From an uncultured Candidatus Saccharibacteria bacterium (GTDB taxonomy: Bacteria; Patescibacteriota; Minisyncoccia; Phycocordibacterales; UBA2100): 45,827 nt of DNA. Both the position numbers and the translations under genes were made by a program. The DNA lies in contig CAYQQI010000002.1 in NCBI GenBank assembly GCA_964419595.1, positions 1 to 45,827 on the forward strand, given 5' to 3'. The notes under the pieces were generated by a model. That model saw only the letters and a program-made list of their open reading frames with translations, searched no databases and was not told the origin of the DNA. Below are positions 28,359 through 36,729 of this stretch, in pieces. Within the stretch, counting starts at the first letter, position 1. Each line of letters begins with the position of its first letter.

Positions 28359-29165
28359 ATGGAGCTGAATCGTATGAACCGCTGGTTCTACCTCTCCTTC
28401 GACGAGAAGGGGGAGCGGCCGGCGGTCGAAGTAGGCATTTATGAACCGCTTGTCGCAGAGTTGTCGCAGTTGTTTGAAAGACGATGTGACCACGCGCAAA
28501 TGCAGGACGACTTCGGTTTCAATCGCAACCGAACGGATCTGATGAAGGGTTTTGGATTCGGTCACGCGCTCAACTTTGCCGGTATTCATAACGGCTATGT
28601 GATCGAGCGAATCGAGTTCTCGCGTGACGAAACCATAGAGGCGCTCTCGGCAAGTCTCGCGTTGCTTATATCATTGCTTAGCGTTGCACCGATCTTGAAG
28701 GGACTCACGTTTGTGACAGATCCCTCGCGGCAGCAGCTCATGCATGTGCAAGCGATGGTAAAGCCGGGCTCGCAGATGCCGGTAAGCGGGATGCAGATTG
28801 GCGGCAGTGTATCACCGGTAGTCACGGAAAAGGTTCGTGCAATCGTCGGCGAGCATGAACTGGTACCACTCGAATGTATTGAGCGAGCAATGTTCCTTAC
28901 CTCGAACGCGCTCGTGCGGTTTCCTATTCCGGAAGAAACGGACGGGCCACGACGCTACGGCAGCTACGAGGCGTACCTGAAAAAAGACGGCTCATTCTGG
29001 TTCAACGGCAAGGGAGGCTCCGGCGTCTTTACCGATGTCATCGGCCCGCACAACCTACTCGAACAGCACAAGTTCGCGTGCAGCAACATGGACTCTTGCA
29101 ATTCTCAGCTTGCTGCACTTGCTGGACTCGCCGCATTCCATGATCTTTTGGACCAGCCACCTTGA
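28359..29165 (+). CDS. Hypothetical protein with no domain I recognise
   Basis: The ORF is 268 aa. AAGGGAG lies 7-8 nt upstream of the ATG, one of the few SD-like sites in the window. It has no signal peptide or TM helix. Confidence 0.5.
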   Translation: MELNRMNRWFYLSFDEKGERPAVEVGIYEPLVAELSQLFERRCDHAQMQDDFGFNRNRTDLMKGFGFGHALNFAGIHNGYVIERIEFSRDETIEALSASLALLISLLSVAPILKGLTFVTDPSRQQLMHVQAMVKPGSQMPVSGMQIGGSVSPVVTEKVRAIVGEHELVPLECIERAMFLTSNALVRFPIPEETDGPRRYGSYEAYLKKDGSFWFNGKGGSGVFTDVIGPHNLLEQHKFACSNMDSCNSQLAALAGLAAFHDLLDQPP

Positions 29166-29208
29166 ACGGGTGGCTGCTTCATTAGTGGGAATACGCTATA
29201 CTGCCGCG

Positions 29209-29799
29209 ATGATAGTCGTAGATGTGGAAGCAACAGGAACAGATGCAAAGAAGCACTCGATAGTGAGTGTAGGTGCGCTCGATATTGCACACCCGGAGAA
29301 TCGTTTTTATATGGAGTGCAAGATTTGGGACGGCGCGCACATCATGCCGGAAGCGATGAAAGTGAACGGCTTTACCGAAGAGCAGGTACGCGATGCATCC
29401 AAGCCGTCAGAAGCCGATTTGACACATGCGTTTTTGGACTGGAGTGAGAAAGTGGAGGAGCGAACTTTTGCAGGGCAGAATGTGTCGTTTGATCGCGACT
29501 TTTTGAAAGAAGCCGCTGAACGCGCCGGACACACCGAATGGCCCTTTGCCTTCCGCACTATTGATACGCACACGCTGGCTTACATGCATATGGTCACACA
29601 CGGCAAACAGCCCCCGACGCAGCATCGCCGCTCTGCACTGAACTTGGACGCGGTACTCAATTACTGCGGCATTCCGGAGGAGCCGACGCCGCACAATGCG
29701 CTTACCGGCGCTCTTTCACACGCCGAAGTGATCTCACGCCTCTTGTACGGCCGCAAACTTCTTCCTGAATTCATGCAATTTGAAATACCGTTCAGGTAA
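29209..29799 (+). CDS. DEDD-family 3'-5' exonuclease (DnaQ/epsilon-like)
   Basis: The Exo I motif is VVDVEATG, Exo II is GQNVSFDRDFL, and Exo III-like is HNALTGALSHAEV. The start is at the Met 6 nt after TATACT (29197-29202). Confidence 0.8.
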   Translation: MIVVDVEATGTDAKKHSIVSVGALDIAHPENRFYMECKIWDGAHIMPEAMKVNGFTEEQVRDASKPSEADLTHAFLDWSEKVEERTFAGQNVSFDRDFLKEAAERAGHTEWPFAFRTIDTHTLAYMHMVTHGKQPPTQHRRSALNLDAVLNYCGIPEEPTPHNALTGALSHAEVISRLLYGRKLLPEFMQFEIPFR

Positions 29800-29828
29800 G
29801 TCCAAAGTGACTAATTGAGTTCATTGCT

Positions 29829-30329
29829 ATGAATATACTCCGACGGCTCGGGATGTATCTTTCGCTTTCTATTATTCAGACAGCGCACGTATCGCGCTAC
29901 ACGCTCGGTAAATTGAGAGGGGAGACCGACTCTCACGGGGTACGCATACTGCTCATAGACGAACGGCGCGTCTTACTCGTGAGTCACTGGTATGCACCGT
30001 GGGCGTGGACACTACCGGGAGGTGGAGTCAATAAAGGAGAAACGCCGGAAGAAGCGGCAATGCGCGAAGCACGCGAAGAAACCGGACTCGAAGTGAATAC
30101 AATCGCAGGGGAGATAGGCACCTACACCGGCACGATGGGGAAGACCGACCGCGTAACCTTTTTCTACACCGGCGACTTTGGTGGCTCGCTCGCGATGCGA
30201 CCTAACTTTGAAATTATGGCGCGCTCGTGGTTTGACATCGATACCTTGCCGGACGAGCTTTCGCCCGGTAATCGCCGCCGCATCGAGGCCTACCGCGACG
30301 GCATTCGCAACGAAACAGGGAAGTGGTAG
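29829..30329 (+). CDS. NUDIX hydrolase
   Basis: 166 aa with the NUDIX box GGGVNKGETPEEAAMREAREETGLEV. Confidence 0.85.
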   Translation: MNILRRLGMYLSLSIIQTAHVSRYTLGKLRGETDSHGVRILLIDERRVLLVSHWYAPWAWTLPGGGVNKGETPEEAAMREAREETGLEVNTIAGEIGTYTGTMGKTDRVTFFYTGDFGGSLAMRPNFEIMARSWFDIDTLPDELSPGNRRRIEAYRDGIRNETGKW

Positions 30330-30414
30330 TACCTATACATATTTACTTATAAAAAAAATCTGTGCAGCACTGGTTATCCTGCAGGCTCGTACTTCTCTAC
30401 ATCCTTGTGAAAAG

Positions 30415-30445
30415 AAATAGCGGCCACCCAACGTGACCGCTATTT
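30415..30445. terminator. Bidirectional terminator hairpin between the NUDIX and ICMT-like genes
   Basis: AAATAGCGGcCAC-CCAAC-GTGaCCGCTATTT forms 12 bp with 1 mismatch. T-rich tracts flank it on both strands. Confidence 0.55.
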
Positions 30446-30464
30446 GCCTTTTCGACAAAAATGT

Positions 30465-30962
30465 TCAGTACCAGCGACGCCAGAGCCATTCGAAGACAAA
30501 ACGTGGAGTGGTCTCGTAGTAGATCAAAGCCTCGCCTCGCCATCTTGCGAGCGTCTCCTTTTCCTGGAACCAGCCCGCGGTACAAATGAGAACGATAAAG
30601 AGCGGCCATGTGATCCAGATGATAGGGTCACGCAGATTGGCCTCAAAAAAAATTGCGGCGTCAGCGATGACCATACCGTGATACATCGGATGCCGCGTAA
30701 GTGCGAATATATCCGTTGTGATTAAGGTCGTTCGCGGCGGCCAGCGATAAATTCGCAACATTGCAACCAACATGATAAAGAAGCCCGCATTCAGAACCAG
30801 TGAGCTCCACTTCCACTCGAAGCCGTACATGACCATTCGACGAAGGTCGAACTCCAGCCCATACGCAGCACGGAAGACCAGGACAGAGATCATTATCAAC
30901 TGAAACCAAAAGCCGTTCAGTACCGCGAGTCGAATCTGCTCTCGCTCACTCGTGATAATCAT
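30465..30962 (-). CDS. Isoprenylcysteine carboxyl methyltransferase (ICMT)/phospholipid methyltransferase-family membrane protein
   Basis: 165 aa with 4-5 TM helices and the block LITTDIFALTRHPMYHGMV. GAGGAG lies 9 nt upstream of the ATG. Confidence 0.75.
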   Translation of the reverse strand: MIITSEREQIRLAVLNGFWFQLIMISVLVFRAAYGLEFDLRRMVMYGFEWKWSSLVLNAGFFIMLVAMLRIYRWPPRTTLITTDIFALTRHPMYHGMVIADAAIFFEANLRDPIIWITWPLFIVLICTAGWFQEKETLARWRGEALIYYETTPRFVFEWLWRRWY

Positions 30963-31423
30963 GTACGTTCACTCCTCGCAACCGACCAACCTTCGCAAAC
31001 TATTCCATACAATTCATTTGCCTCAAACTCCCCCGATAGATCAAAAAGAGGGGAGGGAGCCCCTATCGGCCGAGTTTGAGATGCCTTGCGAGAATATATC
31101 TGCGACAAATATTTCGGCAGATATCTATATGGGAAAGTTTTGACATACACGCCTAAAAAGGAGAGTGTCGCAGAGCCGATTTACCCAGATGAAGTAGATG
31201 AAGGGAGGCTCGTGGCTTAATATGATACACGTCGCACAATATATCTTTTGCGACGCTCAGGCCTAGGAACCAGCTCTGTATTAGACCTTGGCCGGGTCCT
31301 GAGCTCCGCATCCTCTCCCATTGTATCTGTCTCTCCGTCCCTGTTTGCGTATACGCCTCTGTATACGTGTTTATCCTCGTCCGGGTCCCCCGAATCCTGT
31401 CGCGGCACTTATTCTGTCTTGTT

Positions 31424-31467
31424 CGAGATAGGCTATCGGTTTTGCCTATGTCGGTCCCCTTTTTTTT
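31424..31467 (+). terminator. Hairpin plus T8 run with no upstream plus-strand gene (orphan terminator candidate)
   Basis: CGAgATAGGC (31424-31433) pairs with GCCTATgTCG (31444-31453). A 6-nt spacer follows, then TTTTTTTT at 31460-31467. Confidence 0.4.
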
Positions 31468-31608
31468 GAAAATTCACGGGGGAGTCGCGTCTCAGCAATC
31501 CGAGATGCATCCGAGATTGCATGTATTTAAGCGCCATCTCGGCGATTGGCCAATAAGCGGTTCAGGTATATATTCAAGACCGCCTTAAAAAGCCTTTGGA
31601 GCACTCCG

Positions 31609-32052
31609 ATGCGTACCAACCTATGCCTGATTGCGGCCGTTTGGGTCGTTTTGGCGGGTTCCGCGCATGCGGAGCTCCCTTTACCAACATGTGAGGACGG
31701 AGTGCGTGGTTATCAGATACTCACGAGCCAACCGTTCTCGGCTGAAGACGGTTCGCTCTCAATCGCGGTAAACGCAATTGCGGATAATAAACTGATCTAC
31801 AGTGACGACACGAAGACTGCGTTTGCGACACGCGAGCAATTGGCCGAACATCTGAAGTCTCTTTCTCCGATGGATGCGATTTTGTGGCTGTATAAACGCT
31901 ACACTGAGATCGAGAAGAGCCTCATAACAGCCGGCTGCAGCTTCGAGCATAAAGACATTGTGCTAAAGTCTCCGACTTACAAAGCAAAAGAGGGGTCAAA
32001 AACCTGCGGCATGCCAAATCTGCCTGATCTTTCGAAACCACTCAAGGAATGA
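31609..32052 (+). CDS. Small secreted protein of unknown function
   Basis: The signal peptide is MRTNLCLIAAVWVVLAGSAHA. GGAG lies 7 nt upstream of this ATG. The protein has 4 Cys. The track start at 31546 adds an unlikely basic extension. Confidence 0.5.
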   Translation: MRTNLCLIAAVWVVLAGSAHAELPLPTCEDGVRGYQILTSQPFSAEDGSLSIAVNAIADNKLIYSDDTKTAFATREQLAEHLKSLSPMDAILWLYKRYTEIEKSLITAGCSFEHKDIVLKSPTYKAKEGSKTCGMPNLPDLSKPLKE

Positions 32053-32055
32053 GTC

Positions 32056-32091
32056 GGGCCCCGGTGAAAGCTGCCGGGGCCCTGTCTTATT
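32056..32091 (+). terminator. Rho-independent terminator
   Basis: GGGCCCCGG-TGAAAGCTG-CCGGGGCCC forms a 9-bp GC stem, followed by TGTCTTATT. Confidence 0.6.
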
Positions 32092-32107
32092 GAGGTAGAC
32101 TGGTCCC

Positions 32108-32758
32108 ATGAAGAAAAGGAGCCGCATTGGGGGACTCGTATCCCCTGCAGAATCCCGACTTTTCACGAAACTCAACTCCCCTACGAAGATCCAGGACTAT
32201 TTAAATGCGCTACCGTTCAACCACGAATTACACGGCGAAACATATATGAGCCCACGCCGCACCATTGCGGCAGGCACAGCACATTGTTTTGAAGGTGCGC
32301 TATTTGCTGCCGCGGCACTCATGTATCACGATCACAAACCACTGTTGCTCGACTTACAAACGACCTCAGACGACCAGGACCACGTGGTCGCACTCTTTAA
32401 AGAAGGTAAATACTGGGGCGCAATTTCAAAGACCAATCATGCGGTTTTGAGATTTCGCGACCCGATATATGCCTCTGTGCGTGAACTCGCACTCTCCTAC
32501 TTTCACGAATACTTTTTGAGCAACGGCAAGAAAACAATGCGAGCGTATTCGGAACCGTTCGATCTTTCAAAAATGCCGCTCGAAGAGTGGCTTACGGCCG
32601 GAGATGAGCTTATCGACTTAGTGAACACGCTCGATGACTCACCGCATCACCAAATACTGTCTGAGGCCGCAGTAAAACGCTTACGAAAGGCCGATATTAT
32701 TGAGATAAAGACTTTTGACACGGTAGAGTGGAAGCGCTCAGGCAAACGCGGTAAATGA
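32108..32758 (+). CDS. Hypothetical protein, possibly with a transglutaminase/papain-like Cys-His fold
   Basis: 216 aa. GTAHCFEGALFAAAALM (candidate nucleophile Cys) is followed by DQDHVVALF (candidate His). The assignment rests on motif resemblance only. Confidence 0.45.
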   Translation: MKKRSRIGGLVSPAESRLFTKLNSPTKIQDYLNALPFNHELHGETYMSPRRTIAAGTAHCFEGALFAAAALMYHDHKPLLLDLQTTSDDQDHVVALFKEGKYWGAISKTNHAVLRFRDPIYASVRELALSYFHEYFLSNGKKTMRAYSEPFDLSKMPLEEWLTAGDELIDLVNTLDDSPHHQILSEAAVKRLRKADIIEIKTFDTVEWKRSGKRGK

Positions 32759-32795
32759 TATAATTTCCCAACTGCCCGACTCTTTACCCTGGGCA

Positions 32796-32835
32796 CCCCG
32801 GGTCTATAGCCCCCTAGAAACCCGGGGCTTTTTTT
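32796..32835 (+). terminator. Rho-independent terminator
   Basis: CCCCGGGT (32796-32803) pairs with ACCCGGGG (32820-32827), followed by C and TTTTTTT. Confidence 0.7.
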
Positions 32836-32839
32836 ATGC

Positions 32840-34117
32840 TCAGCCCGGCAAGTACGACATCGGGTTCAGGTAACCGGATATCGGCACAACAGGCATGATT
32901 GCGTTCGAACAAGCAGTCTTTGATTTCGTGGCGCTACCCAAATTAATTATCTGCGTTGCGCTCGAAACATATACACCAAAGTGCAGGTGCGGGCCCGTTG
33001 CGTAGCCGGTCTCTCCGGCATAGCCGAGCAACTGCCCGGTGGCTACCGATTGTCCGGTGGAAACTCCTATTTGAGAAAGATGAGAATACATGGTGCTGAG
33101 CCCGTTACCATGTTTTACCATCACCCATTTTCCGAACGAATAGCAGCCCTTCACGGTGTCCGTGTTTCCGGTGCCGATGACCACGCCGGAGAGCGCAGCC
33201 TTAATGGGTGCTCCTATAGAAGCCGCCAAGTCTATACCGTTGTGGCCCTTCCCATTATATGCACCTCCTCTCGCGAACGCCGTGTCACCGAACGTTTGTG
33301 TTACACGTACCTGGTCGACCGGCCATCGCAACACACCTTTTCCTGCCGGCGTGATCTGGTCGGGATTGATGGTGTAGTTGAGTTTTGCCTGCAGGTCCTG
33401 AAGCGAGGCTTCGAAAGCCGCCTCTTGCGCTTTCTTCTTTGCGATCAGTGCCTGGTAGTTTGCCTCAGTGGATTTTGTTTCTGCGAGCAACTCCGCCTGC
33501 GCCCGCCGTGTCGCATCGAGTGAACCTTGCTGGGTTACCAACGTGCGCTTCTGGCCGTCGAGCTCTTTCTTTTTGTCTTCCGCAGTGACTTTGGTCTCGC
33601 TTAGCACAGCTTTTTCTGTTGAGAGAATTCTGATGTCGCCTTGCACGGCCTCCTCAAGCACGGCATGCGCGTCGATATCCTGCCAGGCGTCGGAAAGTGT
33701 ATCTGCAGCGAACACCGAAATAGCGAGCGAAGCTTTCTCTGCCTGGGAGAGTCGTCGAAGTGATTCAGCGAGTCCCGCGCGGTTCACTTCGATAGAACCT
33801 TCACGAGTCTCAATGCCGGTCGCAAGTTGCTGTATCTGCAATTGAGTGTTGTTGATCTGTTTCTGAGTTACGCTTATCTGCGAGGTGAGCTTTTTTCGCT
33901 GCAGGTCCAGTTGGTTCACTTTGTTCTGCAGCGTGTTCTTCTGCTTCGTTGTATCAGTGAGCTGTTTAGTGTATTGATCTATTTCTTTGTTGAGTGCGGC
34001 AATTTGCGCATTTTGCTCGTCTATCTGTGCCTGCAGTTCGCTGGCAGTCTGAGCAAAGGCCATGAGCGGGAGCAGACTCGCAATGGCGAGTATCACGGCT
34101 GCGCGGCGAAGCATCAT
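32840..34117 (-). CDS. M23-family peptidoglycan DD-metalloendopeptidase with an N-terminal coiled coil (EnvC-like)
   Basis: It has a signal peptide and a long Q/L/K-rich coiled coil. The M23 motifs GHNGIDLAA and GYATGPHLHFGVY are present. Confidence 0.88.
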   Translation of the reverse strand: MMLRRAAVILAIASLLPLMAFAQTASELQAQIDEQNAQIAALNKEIDQYTKQLTDTTKQKNTLQNKVNQLDLQRKKLTSQISVTQKQINNTQLQIQQLATGIETREGSIEVNRAGLAESLRRLSQAEKASLAISVFAADTLSDAWQDIDAHAVLEEAVQGDIRILSTEKAVLSETKVTAEDKKKELDGQKRTLVTQQGSLDATRRAQAELLAETKSTEANYQALIAKKKAQEAAFEASLQDLQAKLNYTINPDQITPAGKGVLRWPVDQVRVTQTFGDTAFARGGAYNGKGHNGIDLAASIGAPIKAALSGVVIGTGNTDTVKGCYSFGKWVMVKHGNGLSTMYSHLSQIGVSTGQSVATGQLLGYAGETGYATGPHLHFGVYVSSATQIINLGSATKSKTACSNAIMPVVPISGYLNPMSYLPG

Positions 34118-35466
34118 ACGAGCTTCGAGCGAGCGCTCTCTATGCGTCTGAGTGTCGCTTCGCGACCAATGAGCGACGCAATAGTAAACGGATCAGGGGA
34201 CTTGGCGCGCCCGGAAAGGGCAAATCGGAGCGGCCAGAGTACCGAGCCGCGGCCTGCGTCAGTCGCGTAATCCCACATAATGTCCTTTAGACGTGAGGCG
34301 TCGTTAAAACTTTCCGGAGCCGTTGCCTGCAGCACTTCATACACGTGCGCAAGATGCTTTGCAGCCGTCGCAGTATCGTCCCCTTTTTGCGGTATCAATT
34401 GAGCATTTGGCGCAGGCTCTGCAAAAAAGTAGTCGTACTCCCCTTCAAGTACTTGTTCACGGATGTCTTCCCACACAGAGACTCGCTCCCGGAGTATCGG
34501 AAGCAGCTTCTCCCCTATCATTTGGTCCCATGCAATGCTTTTTGCGCTCAACGCATCTTTCAACACAGTGAGTGCCGAAGCGCGGTATTCGTCGTCACCC
34601 ATAACGCGCAGATACTCGCGGTTGTACCAGCGCAGTTTCTCCATATCAAAAACGGCACCGCTCTTGTGCAGGTCTTTCAGGTCGAATTCAGCTATCATTT
34701 CATCCAATCCGATAATCTCTCTTTCGCTCGGCGGGGTCCACCCGAGAATTGCTATGTAATTGAGCAAAGCTTCCGGAAGTATGCCTTTCTCGCGGTAACT
34801 CTTTACCGCAACATCGCCGGTGCGCTTCGAAAGCTTCGACTTATCTGCTCCTAAATGCAGTGGATAGTGTGCGTATTCTGGGCGCGGAAAGCCGAGCGCC
34901 TCTTGAATGAGTATCTGGCGCGGCGTATTTGATATGTGGTCTTCGCCGCGGATAACATGCGTAACTCCCATGTCGTGATCGTCCATCACAACGGCAAAGT
35001 GATACAGCGGATCCGTCTCTGAGCGCGCAATAACAAAATCCTTAAGTTCCGTTGTGTCGAAGGTAATGTCGCCGCGAATGATGTCGGTAAACGTGATGGA
35101 TTTACCGGGATTTCGCAACCGCACAACGCGGGCCATGACCCCGGGGTCGTTCTTGCTCGGTTCTTCAGATATGTATGCCTTATCCTCTGCCACCAAGCGC
35201 TTCAGTGCTTCCGTGTGAATGCCTGCACGCTCCGATTGTCGTTCGAAGTCGTCCCACGAAAGCCCGAGCCATGTCAGCTGTTCCTTAATATCCTCCTCGA
35301 ATTCAGTCTTTGAACGCTCGCGATCGGTGTCCTCGCTTCGAAAAACAATGGTACCGCCGTGTTTTTTTGCAAAAAGATAGTTCAAAATAGCCATGCGGGC
35401 CGTGCCCACATGACAAAACCCCGTCGGGCTCGGTGGAAATCTAACGCGCACTCCGCTCGTTGTCAT
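34114..35466 (-). CDS. gltX: Glutamyl-tRNA synthetase
   Basis: It has RVRFPPSPTGFCHVGTARMAILNY (HIGH region), DDHDMGVTHVIRGEDH, and KLSKR. It overlaps both neighbours by 4 nt. Confidence 0.95.
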   Translation of the reverse strand: MTTSGVRVRFPPSPTGFCHVGTARMAILNYLFAKKHGGTIVFRSEDTDRERSKTEFEEDIKEQLTWLGLSWDDFERQSERAGIHTEALKRLVAEDKAYISEEPSKNDPGVMARVVRLRNPGKSITFTDIIRGDITFDTTELKDFVIARSETDPLYHFAVVMDDHDMGVTHVIRGEDHISNTPRQILIQEALGFPRPEYAHYPLHLGADKSKLSKRTGDVAVKSYREKGILPEALLNYIAILGWTPPSEREIIGLDEMIAEFDLKDLHKSGAVFDMEKLRWYNREYLRVMGDDEYRASALTVLKDALSAKSIAWDQMIGEKLLPILRERVSVWEDIREQVLEGEYDYFFAEPAPNAQLIPQKGDDTATAAKHLAHVYEVLQATAPESFNDASRLKDIMWDYATDAGRGSVLWPLRFALSGRAKSPDPFTIASLIGREATLRRIESARSKLV

Positions 35467-36599
35467 ACCGTTTCGTGCTCAAGTGCGGTTTCGAGTAAAA
35501 TATTTGCTATCTTCTTTGCCGCCTGCGGCCGCGAATATTCTTTGGCAGCTTCCGACATAGCGGCTCGTTTTTCACCATCATTCAGCAATCGGTCAATTTC
35601 CGCACTCAAAACATGCTGCGTGAGATTACGCTGCTCGATTACGTTCGCAGCGCCCGCTCGTGCGTACGAGAACGCATTCTCTACCTGGTCGTGTGACACG
35701 TCTTCCGGTATCGGGATAAGAATAGCCGGTAGTCCCCACGAAGCGATCTCAAAAATAGTACCGCTGCCTGCGCGTGAGACTACTACTGCAGAGATGCCTG
35801 CTGCCATACGTATAGCGAGCGTGTTCAAGAGGCCGAATGCACGATATCGCTCACGGTGCGGCGTTTCTTTCAGGATCAGGTCTGCGACGGCCGTTACCTC
35901 TTTTACATTGGCGGTACCCGCCTGATGTATCACATTGTAGCGACTCACAAGGTCTTTCACGGCATCGAGCACTACATTGTTTATTGCTTGCGCACCCTGA
36001 GAGCCGCCCATAATGAATATGGCCGGTACAGTAGGGTCTAATTTGAGAAATTCGTAGCCGCCCTCTTTTGCAGGGTGCTCAATTTCAAGGCGAATGGGAT
36101 GACCGACTCGCGCTATCTTGTGACGAACTTTTGCGGGGAACTGTCCCGCCGCTTCGGGATGTGCAGTGCCGATCCACCTTGCGAATTTTGCTGACCACAG
36201 AGTAACGCGGCCCGGTATTGCATCCGCGTCGTATATAACAACGGGAATTGCGAGAATGCGCGCGGCGTAGAGCGTCGGGAACGCTGCGTATCCGCCGGTA
36301 GAAAAGATAACGTCGGGATAGAGGTTGTAGAGAATAAAGATGGACTTCACGACTCCGAAGAATGTGCCCACGAATCCGAAAACATTGAGTTTGTGGCGGT
36401 GCATTTTTCCCGCCGGAGACGGCACGTGAATAATGTCGCGCTCCATGAGCGCATTGGCATCGAACGGTGCCGGGCCGAGATAGTAGAGTTCAGGCTCCAA
36501 TAGTGTACGTTCGCGGCATAGCGCCTCGATGCCCTCTGAAATAGCAATGAGCGGGTAGAAATGCCCGCCGGTTCCCCCGCCGACCAGAACGATGCGCAT
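35463..36599 (-). CDS. murG: UDP-GlcNAc:lipid I N-acetylglucosaminyltransferase MurG
   Basis: It contains MRIVLVGGGTGGHFYPLIAI, IMGGSQGA, and SRAGSGTIFEIASWGLPAILIP. Confidence 0.93.
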   Translation of the reverse strand: MRIVLVGGGTGGHFYPLIAISEGIEALCRERTLLEPELYYLGPAPFDANALMERDIIHVPSPAGKMHRHKLNVFGFVGTFFGVVKSIFILYNLYPDVIFSTGGYAAFPTLYAARILAIPVVIYDADAIPGRVTLWSAKFARWIGTAHPEAAGQFPAKVRHKIARVGHPIRLEIEHPAKEGGYEFLKLDPTVPAIFIMGGSQGAQAINNVVLDAVKDLVSRYNVIHQAGTANVKEVTAVADLILKETPHRERYRAFGLLNTLAIRMAAGISAVVVSRAGSGTIFEIASWGLPAILIPIPEDVSHDQVENAFSYARAGAANVIEQRNLTQHVLSAEIDRLLNDGEKRAAMSEAAKEYSRPQAAKKIANILLETALEHETV

Positions 36600-36729
36600 A
36601 TTGGACTGATTTTAACACGTTTTATGGCCTTTTACGGCCCTATATTGCCCTGTAGACAGCTTCGGCGCCCTCAGGCATAGTTCGGTCGGATAAGAGAGAA
36701 AACAGAGGCCAACAGCTTGGGAGCACACA

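Noticed and set aside
30963-31608. tmRNA, SRP RNA or RNase P RNA in the long noncoding gap
   Set aside because: The minus strand reads GGGGACCGACATAGG after the A8 run, which looks like a tmRNA 5' end. However, I found no matching 3' acceptor (..CCACCA), no T-arm (GGTTCGAnTCC) and no tag ORF. The SRP domain IV motif (GGAAGGAAGCAGC-like) and the RNase P motifs (GAGGAAAGTCCGGGC-like) are also absent. The region is kept only as an unclassified candidate.
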